A stretch of 64,000 bases of DNA from Octopus vulgaris (taxonomy: Eukaryota), in the NCBI GenBank assembly GCA_951406725.2, contig OX597830.1, forward strand, positions 53,382,001 through 53,446,000. Reading direction: 5' to 3'. Below the pieces are notes generated by a model that had not been told where the DNA came from, made no database searches, and worked only from the letters and a program-made list of their open reading frames with translations. Below are positions 1 to 13,493 of the stretch, piece after piece; within the stretch, counting starts at the first letter, position 1; every line of letters starts with the position of its first letter. A program made the position numbers and the translations under genes.

Positions 1-1677
1 GATAAAATATCAGTCAAAATACTAGATTTAATTTTGTCAATGACATCATTTGCTGCAGTTTGTGGTCTTGCATTTATGTACAAATCATTGTTATTGAAGA
101 GAAAGAGCAATGGGATGGCAGAATTATTGAAGGGTCAGGCAAAACAGCAGTGAAACGGCAGGTTCATCAGAGGGCTGGACAGAATACCTCGCTGCGTTTA
201 GTTACAGCCCTTTACATTCTGAGTTGAAATCTTGTGAAGGTCAACTTTATCATTCATTCTATTTTATTGAGAATGACCTCCCCCACTCCCCCCAAAAAAT
301 GTGTGTGCCAATGTATGAAATTATCATCATTGTAGCAATCAGTGGATTGGCAGAAATGGTCAAAATGTTCACAGGTTTCATGAAGTCAACTTCTGAATTC
401 AGTCAAACACAGTCATTCTCTGATTAAGTCATCTAACTAAGATGGAGGATGGTAATAAAATAAGTACCAGTAATATAATAGGAAACTGGCAAGCTAGCTG
501 TGTTATTAGCAAGTTGGACAAAATGCTAAGCAGCATATCTTAGGGCTCTTTACATTCTCAGTTCAAATCCCACCAAGGACAACTTTGCCTTTCATCCCTT
601 TGAGGATCAATAAGATAAAGGGTCAGTCAAGTACTGGGGTCATTGTAATTGATTTGCTCTCTCCCCTGAAAATTGCTGGTCTTGAACTTTGCAATGTACC
701 AGCATCCTATTCAGGGGAATGTTGGAATGTTGTGATCCCAGTCATTTATATGTCATAGAAACTGGGTAACCAGTCTTACTGAGTCTTAGGGGTCAAGGAA
801 AAAAAAATTGTGCAATAAGGAGTTTGCTTCCTGACCACATGGTTCAAGGTATAGTGCCACTGCACGGCACTTTTGGTAAGTGTCTTCTACTATAGCCTTG
901 GCCTTGTGAGTGGATTTGGTAGAGAGAAACTGTTGTGAGTGAGCGTGCATATATATGTATGTATGTATGCACACATATATATCAGCCTACGTGCGTGTGT
1001 CTTTGTGTCTGTTTGTCCACCACCATTGCTTGACAACCAGTGATGGTGCTTATGTCCCCATAACTTAGATCAACAAAAGAGACTGAGAGAACAAAAACCA
1101 GGCTTAAAAAAAAAAAGTATTGGGGTTGAGTCATTCAATGAAAAAAATTCAAGACAGTGTCCCAATATGGCTGCAATCCAATGATTGAAACAAGTAAAAC
1201 ATACACATATGGGAAAAGGCTTAATTCAGTAGCTACTCCCACCCACTCCTATAGTCCTTGACCAATAAGTCTTGTGTCTAAATCATCATCGTCATCGTTT
1301 AACGTCTGCTTTCCATGCTAGCATGGGTTGGACAGTTCGACTGGGGTCTGGGGAGCCAGGAGGTTGCACCAGGACCAGTCTGATCTGGCAGTATTTCTAC
1401 AGCTGGATGCCCTTCCTAATGCCAACCACTCCATGAGTGTAGTGAGTACATTTTACGTGCCACCGACACAGGTACCAGGCAAGGCTGGCAGCGGCCACGA
1501 TCAGTTGGTGCTTTTTACGTGCCACCAGCACAGGTGCCAGTCGAGGCGGCGCTGGCAACGGCCACGATCGGATGGTTCTTTTACGTGCAAACTGCATAAA
1601 ACAAAAAAAATTTTCTCTCGCTTATTAAGAGTAGCATGACATAGGTATAGAATGTAGAAGAAATGAGGTGGACTTAC

Positions 1678-2154
1678 GATATATAAAACATTATAAATGT
1701 GTATCCCAGCATTTTTGGTGTAGAAAACAATGACTTAATGTTTAATGTCTTCAGTTCAAAGTTTTTGTTTAAATTAGTCTGTGGTACCAGTTCCGTATAC
1801 TGCCAAGTGTCATTCTCTGCAATGTCTTTGTTACCATTTCCAGGTTTAGCACAAGGGTTTTCTGTAGATTCTGCTGGTTGTTCTTGAGAGTCTTTTATTG
1901 AATTCTTGCTTTGGTAGCTTTTTGGTTCATAGCTGCTATCCTGTGATTTATTCAGTGTGCTATTTGAAGGAAAATCATTTTTCACTTTAACGTCATTCAG
2001 CAATAAATCATGGTTTTGAGAATGTTGCAAGGTTTCTAAATTAAAATCACCGGGTAGTTTTTTTTTATCCCATTTTGCAGCACAGTTTAAAATTTCCATG
2101 ATTTTTTCAAATTTTTTGTGAGTAAATAACCAGGATATTGACTCAGGAAGGAGC
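1678..2154 (-). CDS. SLC22-family transporter, coding exon 4 (central cytoplasmic loop into TM7); later exons not seen in window
   Basis: Completes TG|G (Trp), then LLPESISWL (PESPRWL-like motif)...SLFSTPKMLGYTFIMFYI. Acceptor poly-T ctctag|, donor TC|gtaagt. Confidence 0.9.
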
Positions 2155-3380
2155 CTAGAGAAAAAAAAAAAGAATTAAAGAGTATTAAAAAATATATTCA
2201 TATTGATAAATTATATTAGAGCATTCAGCTGAATGCCCTGTAGTATTTTTGTTTCAGCTCTTTACATTCTGAGATCAATCCCACCATGGTCAACTTAGCC
2301 TTTCATCCCACCAGAGTTGATAGCATTGACTGACCCTGCCTCTCCTCAAAATTGCTTGCCTTGTGGTGCCTAAATTAGAAACAATTATTATGATTATTGC
2401 ATTGAGGGTAACAAGCTAGCAGAATTGTCAGCATACAAGACAAAATGGTCAGCAGCATTTCATCCATCTTCTGAGTTCAGATTCTGCTGAGGTTGACTTT
2501 GCCTTTCATTCTTTCGGTGTCGATTATGCACTGGGGTCGATGTAATCGACTTAATCCCTTCCCCCAAATTTGAGGCCTTGTACTTCCAGTAGAAAGGATT
2601 ATTATTATTATTATTGAAATGAGTTGATAGAGTATTGAACAAACTGCCTGGATTTCTAGACAGATACATTATCCAAGGACTTTTCACTCTTCTAGATATC
2701 TCTAATATATATAAAATACCAGTTAAATATCAGGGTCAATTTCCTTGAGTTCACCCCTCCCCCAGAAATCTGTCACCCTGTACTCATTATTACAATTCAC
2801 CAAAAAGGCAGCAAGCAGGCAGAATTGTTAGCATGCCAGGCAAAATGCTTAGCAACATCTCATCTGTCTTCACATTCTGAGTTCAAATTTCACCAAGGTC
2901 AACTTTGCCTTTCATCCTTTCAGGGTTGATGAAGTAAGTACCAGTTGTGCACTGGGATTAATGTAATTGACTTACCCCATTTCCCGAAATTGTTAGCCTT
3001 GTGCCAAAATTTTTAAACCATTAGTAGTACCATTGCATCACCAAGAAATAGGTGTTTAGTTTAAATTGTACTCTCATTCCAGGTAAATAAACTGTCATCA
3101 ACTCACTATTTGTGCCTCCACTAGTTGCATGTGAAACTAGTAGCACAGTACAAAATAGACATTTCTATCAGAATATGAAGACATTGCAAGTGAAACATGT
3201 CAATATAGGAATGCAAAACACAAACACTCGCAATTGTAACACATACACATATCAGCATCATCACTTTTACATCTGCTTTTCCCATATTTGCTGAGATTGG
3301 GCAAATCTTCTTCAGCACAGCATCTCACCACTTGTCACCCGCCTGTTGTCATAGCTTTTATGAGGCTCTGCCTCTTGAAA

Positions 3381-3417
<37 letters not shown>

Positions 3418-3851
3418 TATAAATACAAAATGGGACAAGAACGCAAAACATCCAGAAGACGATACAAAAAACACGGATGGGTCATTCGAAGCCTTTAATC
3501 TTCAGTCATGAACCGGATCATCCTTGCAATTTCGGTTGATTAATCTTGAGTTGCTCCAATTTGGCCAGCCCCAAGGAAAAACTAAGCTAAGAGCATTAGA
3601 TTCCTTGGAAAAAAGCTTCAAATGTATATGAAACAAGGACGGAAAAACGATCTCTCACACACACACGAGAACATCACATAAATACACAGGCATAGAACAT
3701 ATGAAAGCATCACACACACACACAGAGAAAACATAGGAAATATTTAAAAGCATCAATATCACACACCTGAGCGAACATCAAAGACAGCACACCTGAAAAT
3801 ATATTTTCACACATTAACACATAAATAAATGTTTCAAAAAATTTTCCTTAC

Positions 3852-4048
3852 CAGCACAAGAAAATCACAACAAGATTTGGTAATGAAAGAACAATTTGCA
3901 GAATCTTCCAGTCAGAAATGAGAGAACCAAAAAGAGCCAGGAACATGATGCCGAGCGACCAAAATGAAGAAGCACCAATTACACGTAATGTTCGGTGAGT
4001 TGAAGGCAAGACTTCAGATAACATACAGTAGGCTAACAAAGCTATTGT
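3852..4048 (-). CDS. SLC22-family transporter, coding exon 3
   Basis: TIALLAYCMLSEVLPSTHRT...FWSLG...DWKILQIVLSLP (TM4-TM6). Acceptor ttccag|, donor TG|gtaagg, phase 2. Confidence 0.92.
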
Positions 4049-5012
4049 CTGGAAAATGGAGAAGAATAAAAGTGACAATATGTAAGATGAATGGTTAGAG
4101 AATGCTAAGGAAGTATTTATGAATTACACACACATAATTTTAAAAGAATGGGGACAATAACTTTTCAGTTTTAATGACATAGTATATTACTTTCCTTTGG
4201 TATTCAAGTATCATTTTGCATCTTGTTTTGCATCTATGTGCTTTAATTATGTATACACACACACATATACATACACGTGGAGGAGCGATGGCCCAGTGGC
4301 TAGGGCAGCGGATCGCGGTTTCGATTCCCAGTCCGGGCGTTGTGAGTGTTTATTGAGCGAAAACACCTAAAGCCCCACGAAGCTCCAGCAGGGGGTGGTG
4401 GCAATCCCTGCTGTACTCTTTCGCCACAACTTTCTCTCACTCTTTCTTCTGTTGGCCTGCTCGCTTAGCCCGCGGGGTGGTGTCATTTGAAGGCTAAAAC
4501 AATACCAAGACACATTGTGACCAGTGATGTGTAGCAACATCTGATAGCCTGGTTGGTCACGGTGATATACATATACACACACAACAGGCTTCTTTTAATT
4601 TCTACCTATGAAATCCACTCACAAAGCTTTGGTAAACTAAAGACTATAATAGACACCCACCGAGGGTGCCATGCAATGGGACTGAATATAAAACCATGTG
4701 TTTGGGAAGGAAACTTCTTAACCAAACATCTATACATATCAACTGCTGGTTAAATAACTGTGATACTCATAAAGGATTGTATGAATGAACAGGAAATAAA
4801 GGAAATGTATAAGTGACGGCAGTGGTCAAAAGCTATCAGTCACTAGCGAGTGAGTATCACTAAGTAGCAATAACCATGGTTTTGCTAGTTGTTACAGTTG
4901 CCTGTGTAGATGCAGGTAGAAACAGACACCTTGTCAGCCCTCTCACCTTTGGAATAAGGATGTAACAGCTGGAAAAAGAGGACAGGTGACAATCAGCACT
5001 TAACTGGTATTC

Positions 5013-5250
5013 AAGGCGGCGAGCTGGCAGAATTGTTAGCACGCCGGGTGAAATGCTTAGCGGTATTTCATCTGCCGCTACATTCTGAGTTCAAATTCCA
5101 CCGAGGTCGACTTTGCTTCTCATCCTTTCAGGGTCAATTAAATAAGTACCAGTTACGCACTGGGATCGATATAATCGACTTAATCCGTTTGTCTGTCCTT
5201 GTTTGTCCTCTCTGTGTTTAGCCCCTTGTGGGTAGTAAAGAAATAGGTAT
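5013..5250 (+). mobile_element. SINE family C with Nin/Deu-like domain (other copies ~2805-3000, 29598-29830, 43070-43283, 46369-46605 -, 50514-50751 -)
   Basis: AGCTGGCAGAA head, GAGTTCAAATTCC B box, body gcc/cttcatcctttc.gggtc.at.aa.taagtaccag. Confidence 0.85.
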
Positions 5251-5463
5251 TCATTTCAGCTGAGCAGAATGGAGCAATGTGAAATGAAGTGTCTTGGCTC
5301 AAGGACAAGGACACCACCTGCTACCCACCCCAAGTATTGAACCTGTGACCTCATGATCAAAAAACCCAACACACTAACTGTTAGACTACATACTCCCACA
5401 ATGGTAGATGTAAAGATGTGAAAATGCTGCAAGAAAATAAATTTGGAATCAAATGTCACTCAC

Positions 5464-5694
5464 AATGTTAGCAGCACCAATGAAAAACCGTAGAATGGTG
5501 AATGTTATAATGGAGTTACTGAAGATTAAGGAAAAATTTAGAATCAGTTGGATACTAAGAAGAAAATTAAGTATTAACTTTCGACCAAACTTGTCAGCGA
5601 ATGGCATTAAAATTAGGCATCCAAAGAGATTCCCAACCATGTAGATGGCTGTTGAGAGGTGAATGATGTACTCTTGATCACACACCAAGTCCCA
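5464..5694 (-). CDS. SLC22-family transporter, coding exon 2
   Basis: WDLVCD...GNLFG...ADKFGRK (MFS motif A)...LRFFIGA. Acceptor tttcag|, donor |gtgagt; 231 nt, in frame with the previous exon. Confidence 0.93.
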
Positions 5695-6742
5695 CTGAAA
5701 AAGAAAATAAAAAAACCCAGATGTTATGAAATAAATAATAAAAACATAACCAAACCTCATAATAAAATTAATTCTTCACAATTTTCCAATGACAATATAT
5801 TGATCTCAGCCTAAACTTAGACTATTTTACATCAATTTTATTGTTGAATGTATATGTGTGCAAAAATCATTCTTTTTTAATGTCTACTTTTCGATACAGT
5901 TAAGGGAGATTTACTAGAGTTGAATGCTCTTCCTGTCACCAACCTTCACCCATTTCCAGATGGGTGAAATACTACCTCTTATCCTTCAGACATGAAGGGC
6001 CCAAAAGCTGGACACACTTCATGGAAGATTGCAAACTAACAACACCATTTGTATGATAACGTTTATTAACAATTAGCATACAATGTCAAGAGGAAACATA
6101 AAAATAAGTATGTGTGTGTGCATATATATATATATATATTCGAGCGAGATCGTTGCCAGTGCCGCTGCACTGACTCCTGTGCAGGTGGCACGTAAAAAAC
6201 ACCATTTCAAGCATGGCCGTTGCCAGTACCGCCAGACTGGCCCTCGTGCTGGTGACATGTAAAAAGCACCCACTACACTCTCGGAGTGGTTGGCGTTATG
6301 AAGGACATCCAGCTGTAGAAACTCTGCCAGATCAGATTGAAGCCTGACGCAGCTATCTGGTTCGTGAGTCTTCAGTCAAATCGTTCAACCCATGCCAGCA
6401 TGGAAAGTGGACGTTAAATGATGATGATGATGATGATATATATATATATATATATATATATAAACATATGCATGCAGCGTGTGAAAGTATGCATGTACAT
6501 GTCTATGTATTTGTTTATATTTGCACTTCTATGAAAATCATTGACCTACAAATGGTGATGTCATTTCCCCTATCAACAAATAACCTAATGGCTTTGTGTG
6601 TTTGAAGATGTGTGGAATAAGAGATCCCTTACTTGCAAAAAAGAAATAAGAAACAGACAAGCAAGGATTAGTGACAGGGAGGGCATTCAACTGTAAACAA
6701 AGTCTCAATAATATATTATTGAACCATGCTAGCATGGAAAAA

Positions 6743-7041
6743 TCATCATCATCATCATCATTTAACGCCCGCTTTCCATGCTAGCACGGGTTGGACAATT
6801 TGACTGAGGACTGGCGAACCAGGCTCCAATCTGATCTGGCAGAGTTTCTACAGCTGGATGCCCTTCCTAACACCAACCACTCCGAGATTGTAGTGGGTGC
6901 TTGTACGTGCCAGTTTGGTGGTACTGGCAACGGCCACGTCCAAATGGTGCTTTTTACGTGCCACCTGCAAAGGAGCCAATGCAGTGGCACTGGCGACGCC
7001 CTTGCTCGAATGTTTCACGTGCCACCAGCACAAGTGCTAGT
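6743..7041 (-). mobile_element. Family D repeat: RTE-3'UTR-related retroposon with (ATG)n tail (other copies 1283-1590 -, 6140-6436 +, 7516-7755 +, 10908-11093 +, 20860-21330 -, 25118-25350 +, 29895-30103 +, 31110-31427 +, 51150-51790)
   Basis: Conserved gagtggttggc.ttaggaagggcatccagctgtagaaac..catgctagcatggaaag core with tandem ggtggcacgtaaaaagcac subunits. Confidence 0.85.
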
Positions 7042-7091
7042 AAGAAAACAAAAGCAAAATAAAACATGGAAATCATATAAAAGACCCTGAC

Positions 7092-7382
7092 CTGTGCTAT
7101 TATGGATTCTTCGGGAGATTTGTCGTAAGACCAATCCAAACATTCGTATGTGACATTGTCAGTTCCATTGAAGACAAATGCAGAACAGTCTGAAGTGGCT
7201 ACCGAGACACTAGAAGAGTTCCATCGATCAGACTTGCATGTGTGTGATGTCGTCGGAGCAATGTACATAATGGAGAACACAGAAAAAACTCCACGTAAAA
7301 TAACAAAACAGAGTAAGAAGTAGATAATTCTTGGGTATTTTCCATAGTTATTGAGGAGTTGTAGGACTTCATCAGCTTGCAT
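7092..7382 (-). CDS. SLC22-family organic cation/MFS transporter, first coding exon (exon 7393-7092, ATG at 7382)
   Basis: Encodes MQADEVLQLLNNYGKYPRIIYFLL...APTTSHTC...C...ECLDWSYD...SIIAQ: SLC22 N-terminus, TM1 and Cys-containing extracellular loop with NxS/T sites. Acceptor tttccag|G at 7394/7393, donor CAG|gtcagg at 7092/7091, phase 0. Confidence 0.9.
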
Positions 7383-7999
7383 TGTGAGTGAACCTGGAAA
7401 GAATAAAATGTACGGAAAATTAAAACCAAAAAAAACAAGAATGGAAAAGGAAAATTTAGTGCATACATGCTTATTGATGATATGAAAAGACACAGAAATC
7501 TACCTTTAGCAATTACATCAAAAATCAATGGAAATTGCAATTGTGATACCAGTGCTGGTGGCACGTAAAAGAACCATCCAAATGTGGCCGTTGCCAGCAT
7601 CACCTCGACTGGCCTCCATGCCGGTGGCACATAAAAAGTACCAACCGATCGTGGCCGTTGCCAGCCTCGCCTGGCACCTGTGCCGGTGGCACGTAAAAAG
7701 CACCCACTGCACTCTCGGAGTGGTTGGCATTAGGAAGGGCATCCAGCTGTAGAAATTTGGATTTCATGATAAAAGAAACATACAGCTGGTTTTCAAATTC
7801 ATCTACATTAAGCAAAGTATAAAGAACTCTATGCTAAAATATATGAAGTAAATTAACCATTAACCCTTTTGTTACCATATTTCTGTTGAGATGCTATGTG
7901 TTTCATTCAATTAATTTTAAACATAAAGACTTTAGTAAATTAACTTATCATTAAGCTAGTGTTAGGAACATAAATTTTGACGACAGTTTGGTGGAGTGA

Positions 8000-8570
8000 A
8001 TCTATCGAGCAAGAGGAAAGTTGTATAAGAGGCAAAAGCATGAAATTTGTTGTGGAAGTTTTGGAGCATCTTCAAGATAATTTTCACCTTTTATAGTCAA
8101 TGAATTTTTTCAGTGTAACAGATTCTCAAAACAAAACCTGGAATTATAGACCTTGCAAAGTATTTTAATGAAAATTCAAAGATTCTGAAAAAAAAATTTA
8201 TTTTCAGTGGGAAAAATATTCTTAAATGTATAATAGACAGTTATTAGCTGCAGTTTCTGTCTGGATCAAAGTATCATTGTATAAGGATTCAATTTGGAAA
8301 AATCCATTTGAAAATTTGTATAAGTTTTAAAACATTTTAGCACGTGCATATATGCCAATGTGGAGAGAATATTTATTCCCATGTAGTTTATGAAATCAAA
8401 TTTGCATAACAACCTAAGGAAAGGAGTAATAAGTATTATGATTATAAATTACATTGTAAACTGTTAAGAAAAATTGGATCCATAGAAATCATGTTGAAAC
8501 TGCAGTTTCTACATCAAGAGAAATTGATGGGGAATCTTCAAAAATATGGAGTAGAAATAAAAGTAATTAA
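8000..8570 (+). mobile_element. Possible hAT transposase C-terminal fossil
   Basis: FENLYKF*NILA...ANVERIF at ~8308-8375 resembles the hAT dimerisation motif; no open frame. Confidence 0.35.
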
Positions 8571-10654
8571 GTTAACCTAATCAGCATTGAAATGTTTTGC
8601 TGTTTACACCTACTTAGGTGAATTTATGCTCAGGGGCTGGGTTTTTTTGTGTGTGTGTGTGTGTGTGTGTCCTTTTCATTTTTATTTGGTGCTATATAGC
8701 TATCAAGATAGTGCTTTTAAAAATTCTGGTCACTATGTAGGTAAATCTATATCTACAAATATAGAGCAATCAACAAAAGACAGCTATTCTGAAGTGACAG
8801 AAATCTAAACATTTTCTTACTGCAATAATTTGAAGTTGTCATAGCAACCAAACTATTATTTCGAATTTTCTCCCCACCTCACATTTTTTTTTTTATTTCA
8901 ATAATTCCAGTTAACAATATAGAGTCAACAATTTAAAGCAAATCACAGAAAGTAAGAAAAAAAAGGTGAGTAGCGATGGATAGCTGCCAAGCTAACTTGA
9001 CCATTAGACAGCTGTTGAGCTAAATCAATAGACAGATGTGATAGGTAAAAAGGTAGGTATATAGATAAGTAGTTGGAGGATGGAGAGAGTAAAAGACAGT
9101 TAAATAGGCAAATATAGAAGAAAAAAGAGAGCAAGGGAATGAAGATAAAGAAAAAACAACATAAAACAGAGAACAATAAAACTTGAATGAGAGCAGAAAG
9201 GGCAACACAGAAAGAGAGAGTCCAGGTAATTCAGTGCAAGTTACCAGGTAAATATATCTGATGTAATTTAATCAGTAAATTACTGCCCTGTCTGGTATTT
9301 CCACCAAGACAATACAGAAATATATCAGAGCAGTAGAAACTTTGAGAAAACAGAACTAAATAATTATTTAGTTGTGTCCCTAAAACAGTTTCCAGTTTCG
9401 AATCTTACAAGGGCCGCTTCTTTGGATTGAGAAGTCATAAAACAATGAAAATATAAGTTTGTTTACTTCAATTGGCAACTTTTCAACAAAGTAGAAAATA
9501 ATGGAGTACAAACAGGATAACAGGAAAACAGAATGTATAATTTTGTCTATAAAAAACAATAAACAACAGAGTATGTACTTATATCTTTTACTTGTAACAC
9601 AAACACAGCTGTCAGGGACAAACACACAGATATATACATATATATACATATAGAGGATGTGCTTCTTTCACTTTCCGCCTACTAAATCCACTCACAAGGC
9701 CTTGGTTGGCTCAGAGCTACACTTGCCCTTTTGTATAACATATGCAATTGTTTAAAATTTATAATTAACAATTGTATTGCTTGATTCAAGAACAAGAATA
9801 CAATACAAAAGCATCTCTTCTTTAATCTTTTACTTCAGTCATTGGACTGCAGCCATGCTGGGGCACCACCTTCACAGATTTTATTTAGACGAATCACCCC
9901 CACCCCAGTATTTATTTTTTAAAAACCTGTCACTTTATCAGTTTCATTTTGCCAAGTTATTAAGTTATGGGGATGTGAACAAACCAACACTGGTTGTCTG
10001 TCAAGTGGTGGTGGGAGACAAACACAAAGAAACATGAACATAGATATATACATATATATTTGATGAGCTTCTTCACAGCTTCCATCTTCCAAATACTGGG
10101 GGTAGATTTGTGGGACCGAATCCTAAATTTTCTTGAAGAGAAGAGAAAAAAAAGACTGAGTCAGCCTGTAGAATGGAGTTGGAAATAATCTTGAGCACCA
10201 CAAAATTTCTTTGTATGCATAATATTTTAAGCAATGTAGCTTACAATTATGCAATCTTTTCTGTTTGAGTTACTGCAACCAATTTTTTACAATTTTAAAA
10301 TTGTTCCCAGGTGTGGCTCTGTGGTAAGAAGTTTGCTTCCCAACTACATGGTTCCAGGTTCAGTCCCACTGTGTGGCACCTTATACAAGTGTCTTCTACT
10401 ATGGCCTCATGTTGACAAAAGCCTTGTGAGTGAATTTGATAGATAGAAACTGAAAGAAGCCTATCGTATCTATGTGTGTGTCTTCATGTATATGTTTGAC
10501 CCCCACACCACCACTTGACAACCAGTGTTGGTATGTTTACATCCCTGTAACTTAGTGGTTCAGCAAAGGAAACCAACAGAATAGTACCAAGCTTTACAAA
10601 AAAAAAAAAAAGGTACTGGGGTTGATAAGTCCAACTAAAATTCTTCAAGGCTAC

Positions 10655-10802
10655 ACATTTGTAGCAGCAGAGCTGTGACCTCTCAATGCAGAGGAGTAGC
10701 GGCAAGACCTGGAGAGACCCCTGGATCTTCAAGCTATGCATCCTGTTGAGTAACATTACTCCAGAGACTCTTTGAAGGAAACGCTTTTCAGCCACTTTCA
10801 TT
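10655..10802 (-). mobile_element. Short RTE LINE fragment
   Basis: AEKRFLQRVSGVMLLNRM...LQVLPLLLCIERSQL resembles the RTE C-terminal region. Confidence 0.6.
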
Positions 10803-13320
10803 CACAATCACACACTTTTGGCTGATTATCTCAAAAATTCCACTATTTGGTTAGAGTTTCAAAATTTCAATTTTTTAAAATTCTGATCCCTTCCTTGTCA
10901 CTTTCATTGCCGGTGGCACGTAAAAAGCACCCACTACACTTTCGGAGTGGTTGGCGTTAGGAAGGGTATCCAGCTGTAGAAACTCTGCCAGATCAAGATT
11001 GGAGCCTGGTGCAGCCGTCTGGTTCACCAGTCCTCAGTCAAAATCGTCCAACCCATGCTAGCATGGAAAGCGGACGTTAAACGATGATGATGATCTACTT
11101 TCCAATGCTTGCACGAGTTAGATAGAATTTATTGGAGCGGATTGCCTATGACAAGATGTCCTTGTTGCTATGACAGGTTTTCACAGAATATTGGCGTGCA
11201 TGTGCATGCACGTGTGTATAAAGAAAATTCAAAATGAAAACAAAAGAAAAACAAAGAAACCTGGAAATCCCCTCATCAGCCATAGAAACCAGACTACAAG
11301 CACAGTTTCAGTGCATTTAAAGGCTGAAGATTTTAAACCATAGTACTGCTTGTCTGGTGGCACCAGTAACAATGGGAATATTACTAAAGTGATAGGCAAA
11401 CAAGGACAAAACGAGAAAAACAAAATACAAGTAGGGAGGAAAACTAAGGAAAGAAATAATACAGTAACAATTTGTGAAGATATACATCTCTATATATATA
11501 AACTGCAAAATGTTTGTGTGTGTGTGTGCATGTCCTTTATACAAATCCACAATAATTCAGTTAGAGGGCTCGCACTTTCTATGGTCATTCAAAACCGTCC
11601 AAGGGTGGTCGTGCACATCTTTACATTTCCCCAGTCACCCTGCAAAGCCATTAAAAAATCAATAGAAGTGACTTTTTTGTGAATTTTCTATCCAAAACCC
11701 AATCAAAATGCCTGAAACTTGATACGCCAATTGAATGCCAGCTAGCTGTATGTGATTGGTCGGAGATTTGGACAGTACTTGCGTGTACGTGCGCACGCAT
11801 GCAGCTGTATATGCATGCACTAGCACTATGATCTGGCAATGCTGGGTCACAGTGCTTGTGTACACTCACTCATATACACAATTACACAAGTAAACATATA
11901 AAGAGACATTAACGTTTTGGTTAGGAATATGAGAAAATGATACTCACAAAGCAATATAGCATGGGAGAACAGAAGGGAGTCTTATCTTCACTGAACTTTT
12001 CAAATGAAACAACAAAGTGGAAAGTAAGAATTCTGGGATTGGCTGCACTGGTGTTGAGCACAGGAGAGGACAGGAAAGAGGGGGGGGGGTGAAATAGTGT
12101 AGGTAAAGAATAGAGAGAGAGAGAGAAAGGAATATAGAGAGAGTGGGAAAATGAGCAAGTAGCATGGAGAGACAGAAGGAAATGGAAAATTAGTAAGTAG
12201 CATGGAGAACAAAGCAGAAAAATTAAATTACAATGAAAACAAGGAAGACAAAGAGGGAGGGGAGACAAAGAATGGTCAGAGGAAGAGGGAAAGACACTGA
12301 TAAATGGACAAAAATGTTGGGAGGTTGTGTGCCCTTTGGATTTAAAAAAAGAAAATTCAAACAGAACATGGAAATCATTTTATTTATGTATAAGAACACA
12401 AAGTGGGATTTAAGGCATGCGAAAAGCAAAGACATCAAACGACTATTATTTCAAAACAGTTATATTAATATAGCTACAAAAGGCGGATCTAGTCTTCTTC
12501 ATTTGCAAAATGAGACCCCTTTAATTTTGCTCAGATTGGTTTTCAATTTTGGTGTATCAATGCAACTGTGAATTTTGATTATCGTGTAAATTAAAGAATC
12601 TGATATGTCTGAGGAGAGTCATTTTCTTTTAGTGCCTTATAATTTAACACACTCACCAGTAAAATTTCCACTTATTGCTTTTATTTTTTAGAAAAATAAA
12701 AAAGCAGACAACAGAATATGCTTCAACACATGAACTCACATAAAGAATCTTGCAAACCAAATCCAAAAACAAAATAAAAGAATCTGATGTTATCTAAAAT
12801 TAAATTTGGGAAATTTGGGTAATTTTAGCCAGTCTTTCTGATGTTATCAGAAGTGAAGGCCAGTCTCAAGTATTCTGGGGCATTGGGCTAGTTTAGTTGA
12901 TTATCGGGAGTGCTTCTCTCTCAACGTCTAAGAGATTCGGAGTCACACGGAGCGAGGGAGGATAGAGAAGAGAAGAGACGGACAGCTCCTTTGATTTGAT
13001 TTTTTCTTTTTTAATTACTTTTCCAGGTTTAAGTTTTAAAGAATATTGTTAGTATGGATCCGCATTTTTCATTGGTGTTCAAATATGAACACCTGTGAAA
13101 ATTGTAATCGCCATGTGGTCCTACTACTCAGTGATGTTACTGATGGAAAATTATGGCACTGCAGGCATTGTAAAAGGAGCAAATCTGTTCGTTACCATTC
13201 ATTTTTTGAGAGAAGTCATATTTCGTCAGTGTTTATGTTGTGTAAAAAGTAAGTTGACTTATCTCCCCTTTAATATTTAAAAAAAAAATTTTAAACCAAA
13301 CTGAACAATTACCATTAAAG

Positions 13321-13352
<32 letters not shown>

Positions 13353-13493
13353 GATGGGTTTCTTTCAGTTTCGTCTACAAAATCCACTTTGGCAGACGAA
13401 ACTTTGGTAGAGGTGCCACACAGTGGGACTGAACCCGGAACCATGTGGTTGGGAAGCAAGCTTCTTACCAAACAACCAGGTCTGCACCTCTAA

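Noticed and set aside
1328-1639. Recurrent ORFs with LQLDALPNANHS or GIRKGIQL peptides
   Set aside because: Translations of the family D repeat, not a protein family.
7550-7705. Spaced GGTGGCACGTAAAA repeats resembling a CRISPR array
   Set aside because: Spacers are mutually similar subunits of a dispersed eukaryotic retroposon; no cas genes.
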